DNA of 64,000 nt, taken from Macrostomum lignano. Its lineage: Eukaryota. The DNA lies in contig NIVC01003149.1 in the NCBI GenBank assembly GCA_002269645.1, positions 1 through 64,000 of the forward strand, written 5' to 3'. The notes beneath the pieces were generated by a model. It saw only the letters and a list, made by a program, of their open reading frames with translations, ran no database searches and was not told where the DNA came from. Positions 13,201 through 25,526 of this stretch are shown here, in pieces; the stretch's first letter is position 1; every line of letters starts with the position of its first letter. Made by a program: the position numbers and the translations under genes.

Positions 13201-15988
13201 GTCAGGTCTAATAAATCTGACTTGTCAGATCTATTAAATCTGACTTGTCAGGTCTATTAAATCTGACTGTCAGGTCTATTAAATCTTACTTGTCAGGCCT
13301 ATTAAATCTGACTTGTCAGGTCTATAAGTCTGACTGTCAGGTCTATTAAATCTGACTTGTCAGGTGTAGTAAATCTAGCTTGTCAGGTCTATTAAATCTG
13401 AATTGTCAGGTCTATTAAATCTGACTTGTCAGGTCTATTAAATCTGACTTGTCAGGTGTATAAATCTGACTGTCAGGTCTAATAAATCTGACTGACAGGT
13501 CTATTAAATCTGACTGTCAGGTCTAATAAATCTGACTGACAGGTCTATTAAATCTGACTGTCAGGTCTAATAAATCTGACTGACAGGTCTATTAAATCTG
13601 ACTGTCAGGTCTAATAAATCTGACTGACAGGTCTATTAAATCTGACTGTCAGGTCTAATAAATCTGACTGACAGGTCTATTAAATCTGACTGTCAGGTCT
13701 AATAAATCTGACTGACAGGTCTATTAAATCTGACTGTCAGGTCTAATAAATCTGACTGACAGGTCTATTAAATCTGACTGTCAGGTCTAATAAATCTGAC
13801 TGACAGGTCTAGTAAATCTGACTTGTCAGGTGTATTAAATCTGACTGTCAGGTCTATTAAATCTGACTTGTCAAGTCTATTAAATCTGGCTTGTCAGGTC
13901 TATTAAATCTGACTTGTCAGGTGTATTAAATCTGACTTGTCAGGTCTATTAAATCTGACTTGTCAGGTGTATTAAATCTGACTTGTCAGGTCTATTAAAT
14001 CTGACTTGTCATGTGTATTAAATCTGACTTGTCAGGTCTATTAACTTTGACTTGTCAGGTCTATTAACTCTGACTTGTCAGGTCTATTAACTCTGCCTTG
14101 TCAGGTCTATTATCTTTGACTTGTCAGGTCTATTAAATCTGACTGTCAGGTGTATTAAACCTGACCTCAAAAAGCAAATTAGAAAACCAAAAAACACAGT
14201 CGAATTAAAACAACACCAATGATACACGATCGTATTCAGTTATAATATATTAATGGTTAATAATTAAGCTAAAAAGCATGATTAATAAAAGTATTGCAAT
14301 AAAAAACTTAACATAAAACACATAACTTACTACTATTAATAAATAAATAAGCCAACACAACATCAAAAGCAGCAACAATAGCAGGCAAAAAAGCAAACAT
14401 ATTTCAAGCAATTTAAGACAACATAATTATAAAATAATGGGTAAAAAAGCAAACGGTTAATACAAACCATTATTTCTGGCATTTCTAGCACCGATGACAA
14501 TATTGCAGTCTTTTAACAGTTAAATAAAAGTCATGGAATGCGGCCAGCTGCATTTACCAGATTGAATTTATATATTTTAATTATAAACATGTAGACTAGC
14601 AACTGTCAACGCAAATTAAATAGATTATAAATAGAGCTAAGTTTAATACCTACATGCAGTTGAAGCAAATTCAACCAATATCAAGTGATAAACGCAGTCA
14701 TTATTATATAAATACTAAAAGAAGAGAAAATGGACGCAAAAGAATGTGCGCTTGGGCTAATTGCAGAGCAAAACTGGGCACTAATGGACGGCTTAAAACT
14801 TCAAGCGACAGTCGGTGAGATCGATTTGAGAGTACAGAGTAGAGGCAGAGAAAAGAAAGGAAGAATAGAGATTAGAATTAACTATTCGCGTTAGGATAAG
14901 AGATGCGGGAGAAGAGAGGATGAGATTTGTAGATAAGATTAGGAGGATCAGATTTGCGAATAGGAGAGGGCGAGATTTGTGAATAGGAGGGTGAGATTTG
15001 TGAGTAGGAGGGTGAGATTTGTGAATAAGAGAGGGCGAGATTTTTGAATACATGTAGGTGAGATCTGTGGATAGGAGAGTGAGATTTGTAGATAGGAGGG
15101 TGAGATTTGTGGATAGGAGATGGTGAGATTTGTGGATAGGAGATGGTGAGATTTGAGGATAGGAGGGTGAGAGTTGTGGATGTGAGGGTGAGATTTGTGG
15201 ATGTGAGGGTGAGATTTGTGAACAGGAGAGGGTGAGACTTGTGGATAGGAGGGTGAGAGTTGTGGATAGGAGATGGTGAGATTTGTGGATAGGAGATAAT
15301 GAGACTTGTGGATAGGAGATCTTGAGATTCAAGACAGAGATAAGATCGAGATAAAAAATGATAAAAATAACGATTTTCAATCAATCAATCGTTGTTAATC
15401 CAGTCAGTCCAGTTATCTCAAGAGAGTATCTGAGTCGGATTTTCGCCAAGAGCCATGCTGCCCTTGAAGCCTAGCAGATCGGAGAGACGACACCAACTGC
15501 CTTTGCTGTTGCTGCTGTTGCAGTCTCGGCGGAGTCAGAGTGGCGGATTTCTCGCCGCCAAGAATATTACAATTATTTGGCGTCATAGTGGGCCGACGGC
15601 AAGTCACGGCCACTCTAGAAGTGGAGGCTGTACGCCACATCAACCTCTGGCACTGGCTGCCAGTGTTCAAAGACTCACAGGAGGATGATTGATTAATTTG
15701 ATCCTCGCAATTAAATAATTCAGTTTTCATGCTTTGCAAAGTGGCAGCGCTCAGGCCAAGTTGTTTTACTAAAGCAACTGAAGCTGGGTCGGATGAAGCT
15801 GATGAAGGCGGTTCCGGCTGAGGTGAATGCTGCTGAGGAGGCGGCGGCGGTGGCATGGGCGGCCCAATGGGGTAGAGGTGACCATTTTGCAGAACGCAAG
15901 GCAACACGAGGCCATTGGGAAGTGGATAAAAATAGTAGCGATAATGCGTGTTACTACCCGGATGTGACTGCTGCTGACAATGCTGCAT
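7268..15988 (-). CDS. NUP96: Nucleoporin Nup96. Exons 15988-15494 (donor uncertain), 12957-12556, 11558-10868, 10461-10032, 9231-8790, 7504-7268 (~898 aa)
   Basis: Conserved Nup96 motifs occur in order: LGLSAATLQSMKTELF, LADVAFWRSRSRRVSWGPSG, HYRLALLLGQ..RDLVAQQVACW, MDWTRAFTLYLWF, LCGYAAKLESQGLWDWALFVLLHI, DWQLGGQLYLDF, SLCSRV. Splice phases match across all introns. Confidence 0.88.
7617..8766. repeat. 35/38-bp minisatellite (cagtgactgaactaacatcagtgaccttgggattcatt) filling the last Nup96 intron
   Basis: Visible tandem units with variant forms; the unit contains the palindrome tcagt-g-actga. Confidence 0.95.
9331..9988. repeat. 20-bp minisatellite (caattagggatctgaatcct) in a Nup96 intron
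   Basis: Visible tandem units. Confidence 0.95.
10496..12530. repeat. Dispersed 17-bp motif ccgatatgtatcgaaaa: 5 copies on - (10496-10845) and 6 copies on + (11670-12530), flanking one Nup96 exon
   Basis: Minus-orientation copies (some degenerate) at 10496, 10608, 10694, 10760 and 10829. Plus-orientation copies at 11670, 11914, 12051, 12232, 12329 and 12513. Confidence 0.85.
13053..14166. repeat. 22/23-bp minisatellite (aaatctgacttgtcaggtctatt)
   Basis: Visible tandem units with an internal hairpin ctgac-tt-gtcag. Confidence 0.95.
14920..15330. repeat. Degenerate ~21-23-bp repeat (gagatttgtggataggagggt)
   Basis: Visible imperfect tandem units. Confidence 0.85.
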
Positions 15989-16033
15989 GCCGGATGTCTT
16001 TTAGTGCTGAAATATTTACGATTTTTTACGGTA

Positions 16034-16578
16034 AAGGATGTCAGGTACAATGGGATTAACTAGTTAAGGATCTGAGGTACAATGGGATTAACTACTTAAG
16101 AATCTGAGGTACAATGGGATTAACTAGTTAAGGATCTCGGGTACAATGGGATTAACTAGTTAAGGATCTCGGGTACAATGGGATTAACTACTCAAGGATC
16201 TCAGGTACAATGGGATTGACTAGTTAAGGATTTCGGGTACAATGGGATTTACTAGTTAAGGATTTCGGGTACAATGGGATTAACTAGTTAAGGATCTCGG
16301 GTAAAATGGGATTAACTAGTTAAGGATTTCGGATACAATGGATTAACTAGTTAAGGATCTGATTCTCGGGTACAATGTGATTAACTAGTTAAGGATGTCA
16401 GGTACAAAGGGATTAACTAGTTAAGGATGTCAGGTACAATGGGATTAACTAGTTAAGGATGTCAGGTACAATGGGATTAACTAGTTAAGGATGTCAGGTA
16501 CAATGGGATTAACTAGTTAAGGATGTCAGGTACAATGGGATTAACTAGTTAAGGATGTCAGGTACAATGGGATTAACC
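16034..16578. repeat. 32-bp minisatellite (ggtacaatgggattaactagttaaggatgtca) immediately upstream of the Nup96 first coding exon
   Basis: Visible tandem units containing the perfect palindrome ttaactagttaa. Confidence 0.95.
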
Positions 16579-17056
16579 AGATTAATAGAAGCAAAGAGTG
16601 AAAAGCAAACTCATTAGAGAACCGGGAGGACACAAAAGCCTGTACTTGTATTTAAAACAAATAATACATTCGAGTCGGTTCTTGTAATTTATAAAATGAA
16701 ACTTTTTTCTTATGCAGTTTAGCAAATCAGTAAATACCAGCACTAGGAGACAGGTGAAATTGAAACCTTTCGAAATTAACAAAATAAAAAAGAATGCGAT
16801 GACATAGGACTAAGTAAACATCAAACTTAAAATATGGTACTTTTTAAACACCGACAAAAAGGTATTTTAACGACAAATTTTACAGTACACATGAACTCAT
16901 GCCAAAAATTTGGGGGGGGATAAATAAAATATGAAAATTATAACAAAAAGAATATTTTCATTTCATTTAACTGAATAGGCGTGTCTATAATATTTTGAGA
17001 TAATTATATCAGGATAAAAGCATGCCTATTAAACCTTTATTTTGAAATATTATCTT

Positions 17057-19837
17057 CTGTTAGACAGCCAACTCTGAACACAGTGTCAACACCTGTTAGA
17101 CAGCCAACTCTGAACAGTGTCAACACCTGTTAGACAGCCAACTCTGAACACTGTCAACACCTGTTAGACAGTCAACTCTGAACACAGTGCGAACACCTGT
17201 TACAGTCTGAACACAGTGTCAACACCAGTTAGACAGTGATCTCTGAACACAGTGTCAACACCAGTTAGACAGTGATCTCTGAACACAGTGTCAACACCTG
17301 TTAAACAGTCAACTCTGAACACAGTGTCAACACCTGTTAAACAGTCATCTCTGAACACAGTGTCAACACCTGTTAGACAGTCAACTCTGAACACAGTGTC
17401 AACACCTGTTAGACAGTCAACTCTAATCACAGTGTCAACACCTGTTAGACAGCCAACTCTGAACACAGTGTCAACACCTGTTAGACAGTCATCTCTAAAC
17501 ACAGTGTCAACACCTGTTAGACAGTCAACTCTGAACACAGTGTCAACACCTGTTAGACAGTCAACTCTGAACAGTGTCAACACCAGTTAGACAGCCATCT
17601 CTGAACACAGTGTCAACACCTGTTAGACAGTCATCTCTGAACACAGTGTCGACACCTGTTAGACAGTCAACTCTGAACAGTGTCAACACCAGTTAGACAG
17701 CCATCTCTGAACACAGTGTCAACACCAGTTAGACAGTCATCTCTGAACACAGTGCTAACACCTGTTAGACAGTCATCTCTAAACACAGTGTCAACACCAG
17801 TTAGACAGTCATCTCTAAACACAGTGTCAACACCTGTTAGACAGTCAACTCTGAATACAGTGTCAACACCTGTTAGACAGTCATCTCTGAACACAGTGTC
17901 AACACCTGTTAGACAGTCAACTGTGAACACAGTGTCAACACCTGTTAGACAGTCATCTCTGAACACAGTGTCAACACCTGTTAGACAGTCAACTCTGAAC
18001 AGTGTCAACACCTGTTAGACAGTCAACTCTGAATACAGTGCCAACACCTGTTAGACAGTCAACTCTGAACACAGTGTCAACACCTGTTAGACAGTCAACT
18101 CTGAATACAGTGCCAACACCTGTTAGACAGTCAACTCTGAACACAGTGCCAACACCTGTTAGACAGTCAACTCTGAACACAGTGCTAACACCTGTTAGAC
18201 AGTCAACTCTGAACACAGTGCTAACACCTGTTAGACAGTCAACTCTGAACACAGTGCTAACACCTGTTAGACAGTCAACTCTGAACACAGTGTCAACACC
18301 TGTTAGACAGTCAACTATAAACACAGTGTCAACACCTGTTAGACAGTCAACTCTGAACAGTGTCAACACCTGTTAGACAGTCAACTATAAACACAGTGTC
18401 AACACCTGTTAGACAGTCAACTCTGAACAGTGTCAACACCTGTTAGACAGTCAACTCTGAACACAGTGTCAACACCTGTTAGACAGTCAACTCTGAACAC
18501 AGTGTCAACACCTGTTAGACAGTCAACTCTGAATACAGTGCCAACACCTGTTAGACAGTCAACTCTGAACACAGTGCCAACACCTGTTAGACAGTCAACT
18601 CTGAACACAGTGCTAACACCTGTTAGACAGTCAACTCTGAACACAGTGCTAACACCTGTTAGACAGTCAACTCTGAACACAGTGTCAACACCTGTTAGAC
18701 AGTCAACTGTGAACACAGTGTCAACACCTGTTAAACAGTCATCTCTGAACACAGTGTCAACACCTGTTAGACAGTCAACTCTGAACAGTGTCAACACCTG
18801 TTAGACAGTCAACTCTGAATACAGTGCCAACACCTGTTAGACAGTCAACTCTGAACACAGTGTCAACACCTGTTAGACAGTCAACTGTGAACACAGTGTC
18901 AACACCTGTTAGACAGTCATCTCTGAACACAGTGTCAACACCTGTTAGACAGTCAACTGTGAACACAGTGTCAACACCTGTTAGACAGTCATCTCTGAAC
19001 ACAGTGTCAACACCTGTTAGACAGTCAACTCTGAACAGTGTCAACACCTGTTAGACAGTCAACTCTGAATACAGTGCCAACACCTGTTAGACAGTCAACT
19101 CTGAACACAGTGTCAACACCTGTTAGACAGTCAACTCTGAACACAGTGTCAACACCTGTTAGACAGTCAACTCTGAATACAGTGCCAACACCTGTTAGAC
19201 AGTCAACTCTGAACACAGTGCCAACACCTGTTAGACAGTCAACTCTGAACACAGTGCTAACACCTGTTAGACAGTCAACTCTGAACACAGTGCTAACACC
19301 TGTTAGACAGTCAACTCTGAACACAGTGCTAACACCTGTTAGACAGTCAACTCTGAACACAGTGTCAACACCTGTTAGACAGTCAACTATAAACACAGTG
19401 TCAACACCTGTTAGACAGTCAACTCTGAACAGTGTCAACACCTGTTAGACAGTCAACTATAAACACAGTGTCAACACCTGTTAGACAGTCAACTCTGAAC
19501 AGTGTCAACACCTGTTAGACAGTCAACTCTGAACACAGTGCCAACACCTGTTAGACAGTCAACTCTGAACACAGTGTCAACACCTGTTAGACAGTCAACT
19601 CTGAATACAGTGCCAACACCTGTTAGACAGTCAACTCTGAACACAGTGCTAACACCTGTTAGACAGTCAACTCTGAACACAGTGCTAACACCTGTTAGAC
19701 AGTCAACTCTGAACACAGTGCTAACACCTGTTAGACAGTCAACTCTGAACACAGTGTCAACACCTGTTAGACAGTCAACTCTGAACACAGTGTCAACACC
19801 TGTTAGACAGTCAACTATAAACACACCTGTCTAACAG
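17057..19837. repeat. 36-bp (34-bp variant) minisatellite, ~2.8 kb (cacctgttagacagtcaactctgaacacagtgtcaa), between Nup98 and Nup96
   Basis: Contiguous units with no spacers and higher-order variant patterns. It produces the spurious STPVRQSTLNTV ORFs. Confidence 0.97.
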
Positions 19838-19949
19838 TCGATCCGACACGAAGAATCAAGCCCCTAAGAATGACATAAACTAGACAATATGTTCAGAAAC
19901 TGTAAGGCCAGAAATCCCGCAGTAAAACTGAAATCTCAAATCGCAAATC

Positions 19950-22900
19950 TCAGATCGCGCTGCTACTATCAGGCAGAGGCTGTCTGTGACTCTCGGTCGG
20001 TGCAGCAGTCAGAGCGGGACTGTTCTCAACTCCGCCAGATGCATTGGAGGCATTCAACGATTTAGACTTAGCAGCAGTGCCAACTGCAGCGGCTCCGATA
20101 GCTTTAGCCGAGGCCGAAGCAGCAATAGCGGAAGCAGACGCAGAGTCAAGAGACGCTCTCAAAGCAGACGAGGGCAGCGTGAGCTTCTTCCAATTGGATT
20201 TTCTAACAAAGAACAGACTGTCACTGCCAGACGGGTTGCTACTAGAAGAGAAACTAGCCCCCGCAGCATCCGAGGAAGCCTGTTCGAATCCTTCGAATAG
20301 TTGCTTCCTATTGGCCACTTGAAGCGGTCGGACAGTTGTTGACGAGCCAGATGAGCCACTGTTAGACTTGGGAGACACTCCGATGCTGAAATTGTAGTTA
20401 GCCTGACTGTTGCCAAGGGCGCGTTGGGCAGCCACTGGGAGCAGAAGATGTTGCTGCGAACTGACACCACCGCTAGACTGTTGAAGATTAAATGTTTGAC
20501 GAGATGCCGACGGCTGAGACAGGCTGAAATAGTTCAGAGGTGCACTCGAAGTCGAGGAGAATGGGCCGATGCCTGATCCCGCGGCTGAACCAGACGAAGA
20601 GGTCGACATTTGGCGAGTCAGGTGAGCGGTGCCGTATGGTAGGGTCTGGACTAAGTCGAGTACCTGCGGTCAAGTTTTAGAGACGAGGGAGATGGTTAAT
20701 TTAGATTATAATTGTGCTGAAACAACTGTTGAAAGATTGGGAAATGCTAGCAGCTAAGCATCTGATCTTAGCTCAGGAAGGATCAGGGAAGGTGTCAGTA
20801 AGTGTTATACCTGAGGATCAGGGAAGGTGTCAGTAAGTGTTATACCTGAGGATCAGGGAAGGTGTCAGTAACTGTGATACCTGAGGATCAGGGAAGGTGT
20901 CAGTAACAGTGATACCTGAGGATCAGGGAAGGTGTCAGTAACAGTGATACCTGAGGATCAGGGAAGGTGTCAGTAACAGTGATACCTGAGGATCAAGGAA
21001 GGTGTCAGTAACTGTGATACCTGAGGATCAAGGAAGGTGTCAGTAACTGTGATACCTGAGGATCAGGGAAGGTGTCAGTAACTGTGATATCTGAGGATCA
21101 GGGAAGGTGTCAATAACTGTGATACCTGAGGATCAGGGAAGGTGTCAGTAACTGTGATACCTGAGGATCAGGGAAGATGTCAGTAACTGTGATACCTGAG
21201 GATCAGGGAAGGTGTCAGTAACTGTGATACCTGAGGATCAGGGAAGGTGTCAGTAACTGTGATACCTGAGGATCAGGGAAGGTGTCAGTAACTGTGATAC
21301 CTGAGGATCAGGGAAGGTGTCAGTAACTGTGATACCTGAGGATCAGGGAAGGTGTCAGTAACTGTGATACCTGAGGATCAGGGAAGGTGTCAGTAACTGA
21401 TACCTGAGGATCAGGGAAGGTGTCAGTAACTGATACCTGAGGATCAGGGAAGGTGTCAGTAACTGTGATACCTAAGGATCAGGGAAGGTGTCAGTAACTG
21501 TGATACCTGAGGATCAGGGAAGGTGTCAGTAACTGTGATATCTGAGGATCAGGGAAGGTGTCAGTAACTGTGATACCTGAGGATCAGGGAAGGTGTCAGT
21601 AACTGATACCTGAGGATCAGGGAAGGTGTCAGTAACTGTGATACCTGAGGATCAGGGAAGGTGTCAGTAACTGTGATACCTGAGGATCAGGGAAGGTGTC
21701 AGTAACTGTGATACCTGAGGATCAGGGAAGGTGTCAGTAACTGTGATACCTGAGGATCAGGGAAGGTGTCAGTAACTGTGATACCTGAGGATCAGGGAAG
21801 GTGTCAGTAACTGTGATATCAGAGGATCAGTTAGTATTTAAGCCAGTCACCCTCACCTGCTGTTGCACCCTAGCCTGCTGCAACAGTGCCTCATCATGAT
21901 TAGCGCTTAATCCGATAGACTGCGGAGCAGCGGCTTGAGCTGTCTGTCCAGGCAGAGCATAGGACTGCTGATGCAACTGGAACGGCTGATTAGGCATCAT
22001 CAGTGACGAAGCATGTTGCTGACCAACTCCAGTTTGCAGGCCTGACTGAAACGGAGTCTGACCGAGCATCAAACCGCCCGTGGTGCCGCCGCCAAGAGCG
22101 GATGGTTGACCAGCTGAAGGCAAGCTGAAACCAAACGAGCCGCCAACTGAGGCTGCTGGAGCGCCGGCGGTGGCGCCGAAGGACAAGCCGGAGTTTGCTG
22201 TTGGCTGGGTTGCACCGAATAGCGGCTTCGCCTGAATTTTGAAATTCAGGTTAGAGAAATCATGTATAATCTTGGCGTTAGTCTATTGATAGTAGGATAG
22301 GGCACAGATACCAGAATAACTAGATGGGCCACTCAGCACATTTGCGTGTAAGCTACTATCAGTTCAGTAGTAAGCTAAACTGAAGCATTTTAATGTACTT
22401 TAAATTACAGACAAGGCCCAGCCCATTTATTGGCTCTTACCCCCCCCCCCAAGCTTGAACCCACAAACTCCACACAGAACCTCTAACCCAATTTTTATTA
22501 CCTTCCTCGGTTGTTACAGCCTAAAATCTGTCTTGTACATTTTAGTGGCTAATGTACATACATTACGGCTGAACCACTTAGCAAGCTTGTTTAGTTAGTC
22601 TAGTAGCTGTGAGATAGGGTTAGAGTTTTGGTTAAGGTATAGCATTAGTAATAGGTTAAGCATAGGATTTAGATTTGTATTAGGATTAAGAAGTTTAGAA
22701 TAAGGGTTTAGGTTAGGTTTAGGATAATGCTTTAGGTTAGGTTTAGGATAGGACTTTAGGTTAGGTTTAGGATAAGGCTTTAGGTTAGGTTTAGGATAGG
22801 GCTTTAGGTTAGGTTTAGGATAAGGCTTTAGGTTAGGTTTAGGATAGGGCTTTAGGTTACGTTTAGAATAAGGGTTTAGGTTAGGTTTATGTAGGATAAG

Positions 22901-25526
22901 GCTTTAGGTTAGGTTTAGGATAGGGCTTTAGGTTAGGTTTAGGATAAGGCTTTAGGTTAGGTTTAGGATAGGGCTTTAGGTTAGGTTTAGGATAAGGCTT
23001 TAGGTTAGGTTTAGGATAAGGCTTTAGGTTAGGTTTAGGATAAGGCTTTAGGTTAGGTTTAGGATAGGGCTTTAGGTTAGGTTGTTAGGTTTAGGATAGG
23101 GCTGTAGGTTAGGTTGTTAGGTTTAGGATAGGTTTAGGGGGTTTGGTTAGGTTTAGGATAAGGGTTAGGTTTAGTTTAGGCCTTTGACAATAGAATGAAT
23201 ATAGAGGAACAACAATAAGAATGATAAACCGGAACCACAGAAGTGAGGCACTAATAGCATCGCACAATAGAAACTCACCGCGCCGGCTCCAAAGCCGCCC
23301 GTAGCGCCGAAAAATCCGCCGCCGGCGCTTGACACCACAGTTCCAGCCGGCGCCGATGTTGCCGCCGACGGGGCGCCAAAAAACGACGTAGCGGCGCCGC
23401 CGGTAGCTGGCGTCGACCCGACCGAGGCGCCAAATGCGAACGGTTTCGTCGCATTAGCCGCGCCAGCAGAGTTGCCACCGCCAAACAAGCCGCCGCCAGT
23501 GGCGCCGGCGCTAAATCCAAACGCCGATCCTGTCGCAGTGGCGCCAGGCGCCGCCGCAGTAGATGTCGATATTCCGGCGCCGAAAGCAAACGGGCTTGGC
23601 TTGGCGCCGGCGTTAGCACCGGCGCCGCCGAAAAGTCCACCCGTGGTGGCGCCAGACGCGGCTCCGGCGCTTCCGCCAAACAGAGAAGTGGCGCCAGGCG
23701 CGGCGGCGCCAGCAACCGAAGCCGGCTGGCTAGCGGGGGCGCCGAACATAAATCCGGTAGGCTTGACGCCGCCAGCCGTAGCCGCGCCGGCGCCGCCGCC
23801 AAACAGACCACCGGCGCCGGCTGTAGAAGTGGCGCCGCCAGTGGACGCGCCGAATCCAAATAGGCTGCTGCCTGTTCCGGCGCCGCTAGCGGCTACGCTG
23901 CCGAAGGTTGGCACGCCAGCCGTGGCGGCGCCAAATGGCTTAGCAGCCGTTGAAGTGGCGCCGGCGCCGCCAAAGAGGCCGCCGCCGCCAGTTGTAGCGC
24001 CAGCAGAGGCGCCAGCGCCAAACAGGCCGCCGCCAGCTGCCGGAGGGGCGCCAGCACCCGCGCCGGTGGAGGCTCCGGCGCCAAACATGCCAACGCCGGC
24101 GCTGGAGGCGCCAGACTGCGGCGCGCGCCGACCAGCTTGATAATCTTCAAGGCGCAGCTCCTCCAGACTACCGGCTTGATACTCTTTCATGGCCGTGATC
24201 ACCATGTGCTTGGTGTTCACCGTCTGCTGGGCACCGCCCTTGGCCTGCAAGGTTATATGAGCGATTATTGATGCAATAATTGACTAGGATTAACTTCTGG
24301 CTGCATTTCAGTGATAAAAAGGCCTTTGTTTATTGTCATTTCCACCAAAATTGTAAATCATTGATACCGCATTCACGCTAATCCTAAACTGCTTTCTTAC
24401 TAATCCTAAACTGCATTCACACAAATCCTAAACCGCATTCACACCAATCCTAAACTGCTTTTTCACTAATCCTAAGTCACATTCACACCAATCCTAAACC
24501 TCATTCACACTAATCTTAAACTGCATTCACACTAATCCTAAGTCACATTCACACCAATCCTAAACTGCTTTTTCACTAATCCTAAGTCACTTTCACACTA
24601 ATCCTCAACCGCATACACACTAATCCTAAACCGCATTCACACTAATCCTAAACCGCATTCACACTAATCCTAAACCGCATTCACACTAATCCTCAACCGC
24701 ATTCACACTAATCTTTAACTGCATTCACACTAATCCTCAACCGCATTCACACTAATCCTCAACCGCATTCACACTAATCCTCAACCGCATTCACACTAAT
24801 CCTAAATTACATACACACTAATCCTAAACCGCATTCACACTAATCCTAAATCACATACACATTAATCATCAACCGCATTCACACTAATCCTAAACCGCAT
24901 TCACACTAATTCTAAATCACACACACTAATCCTAAACCGCATTCACACTAATTCTAAATCACACACACTAATCCTAAACCGCATTCACACTAATCCTCAA
25001 CCGCATTCACACTAATCCTCAACCGCATTCACACTAATCCTCAACCGCATTCACACTAATCAACAGCAGCAGTCACACAATCACAACAGAGCACAGTGAG
25101 CGGCATATACCTGAGTGGAGCTCTCAGTCCCTATTGGCGGATTAAAGGCCGGCCTGTTACCAGCCGACATGCCGCCAAGACCGCCAACTGTGGCGCCGCC
25201 GGCGGCGCCAAAACCACCAGAGGCGCCAAACAGGCCGGCGCCGCCACCGCCACCAGCAACTGTACCAGTTCCAACGCCGCCAAAGGCTGAACCAGTAGCA
25301 GCAGAAACACCAGCAGTTGGTTGCACACCCACACCAACTGTAGGCTGCTGCATCATGCCAAATGTACCAGTGGCACCAGTAGGCCGAGCAGCGGCGCCAA
25401 AAAGGCCAGTGGTGCCAGTTCCAGTGGCGCCAGCCGAAGGGCTGCCAAAAAGGCCGCCCCCAGTGCCAGCGGCTGGGGTTCCGACTGTTGGAGTTGTAGG
25501 TTTGCCAAATGGATTGCTGCCGAACA
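19950..25526 (-). CDS. NUP98: Nucleoporin Nup98 FG/GLFG region with GLEBS motif. Exons 25526-25111, 24244-23279, 22231-21857, 20663-19950, plus an upstream exon supplying the A of ATG (~823 aa). No autoproteolytic domain found
   Basis: The start reads (M)FGSNPFG, followed by many GGLFG repeats. The GLEBS motif is PPIGTE..TKHMVITAMKEYQAGSLEELRLEDYQAGRR. Linker motifs are QTLPYG, RKQLFEGF and FFVRKSNWKKLTL. The internal introns are phase-0 GT-AG. Confidence 0.9.
20776..21830. repeat. 35-bp minisatellite (cctgaggatcagggaaggtgtcagtaactgtgata) in a Nup98 intron
   Basis: Visible tandem units with the hairpin cctga-gga-tcagg. Confidence 0.95.
22690..23175. repeat. 24-bp TTAGG-rich minisatellite (ttaggtttaggataaggctttagg) in a Nup98 intron
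   Basis: Visible tandem units. Confidence 0.9.
24375..25062. repeat. 22-bp minisatellite (ccgcattcacactaatcctaaa) in a Nup98 intron
   Basis: Visible tandem units. Confidence 0.93.

Noticed and set aside
17200-19834. Long repetitive ORFs (also at 14793-15384, 36876-37184, 42515-43108, 56520-56991, 58629-59312, 59923-61429)
   Set aside because: These are by-products of tandem repeats lacking stop codons, with no splice or homology support.
17057-19837. 36-bp repeats resembling a CRISPR array in unit length
   Set aside because: The units are contiguous with no unique spacers, there are no cas genes, and the context is eukaryotic.
22690-23175. TTAGG-rich tract as an interstitial telomere
   Set aside because: It has a 24-bp compound period rather than a pure TTAGG/TTAGGG run, and it sits in an intron like the other minisatellites.
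23275-24150. Overlapping and antisense Pro/Ala-rich ORFs over the GC-rich exons of Nup98, Nup96, NEK10, the GRD gene and pol
   Set aside because: They are shadow frames of real GC-rich coding exons.
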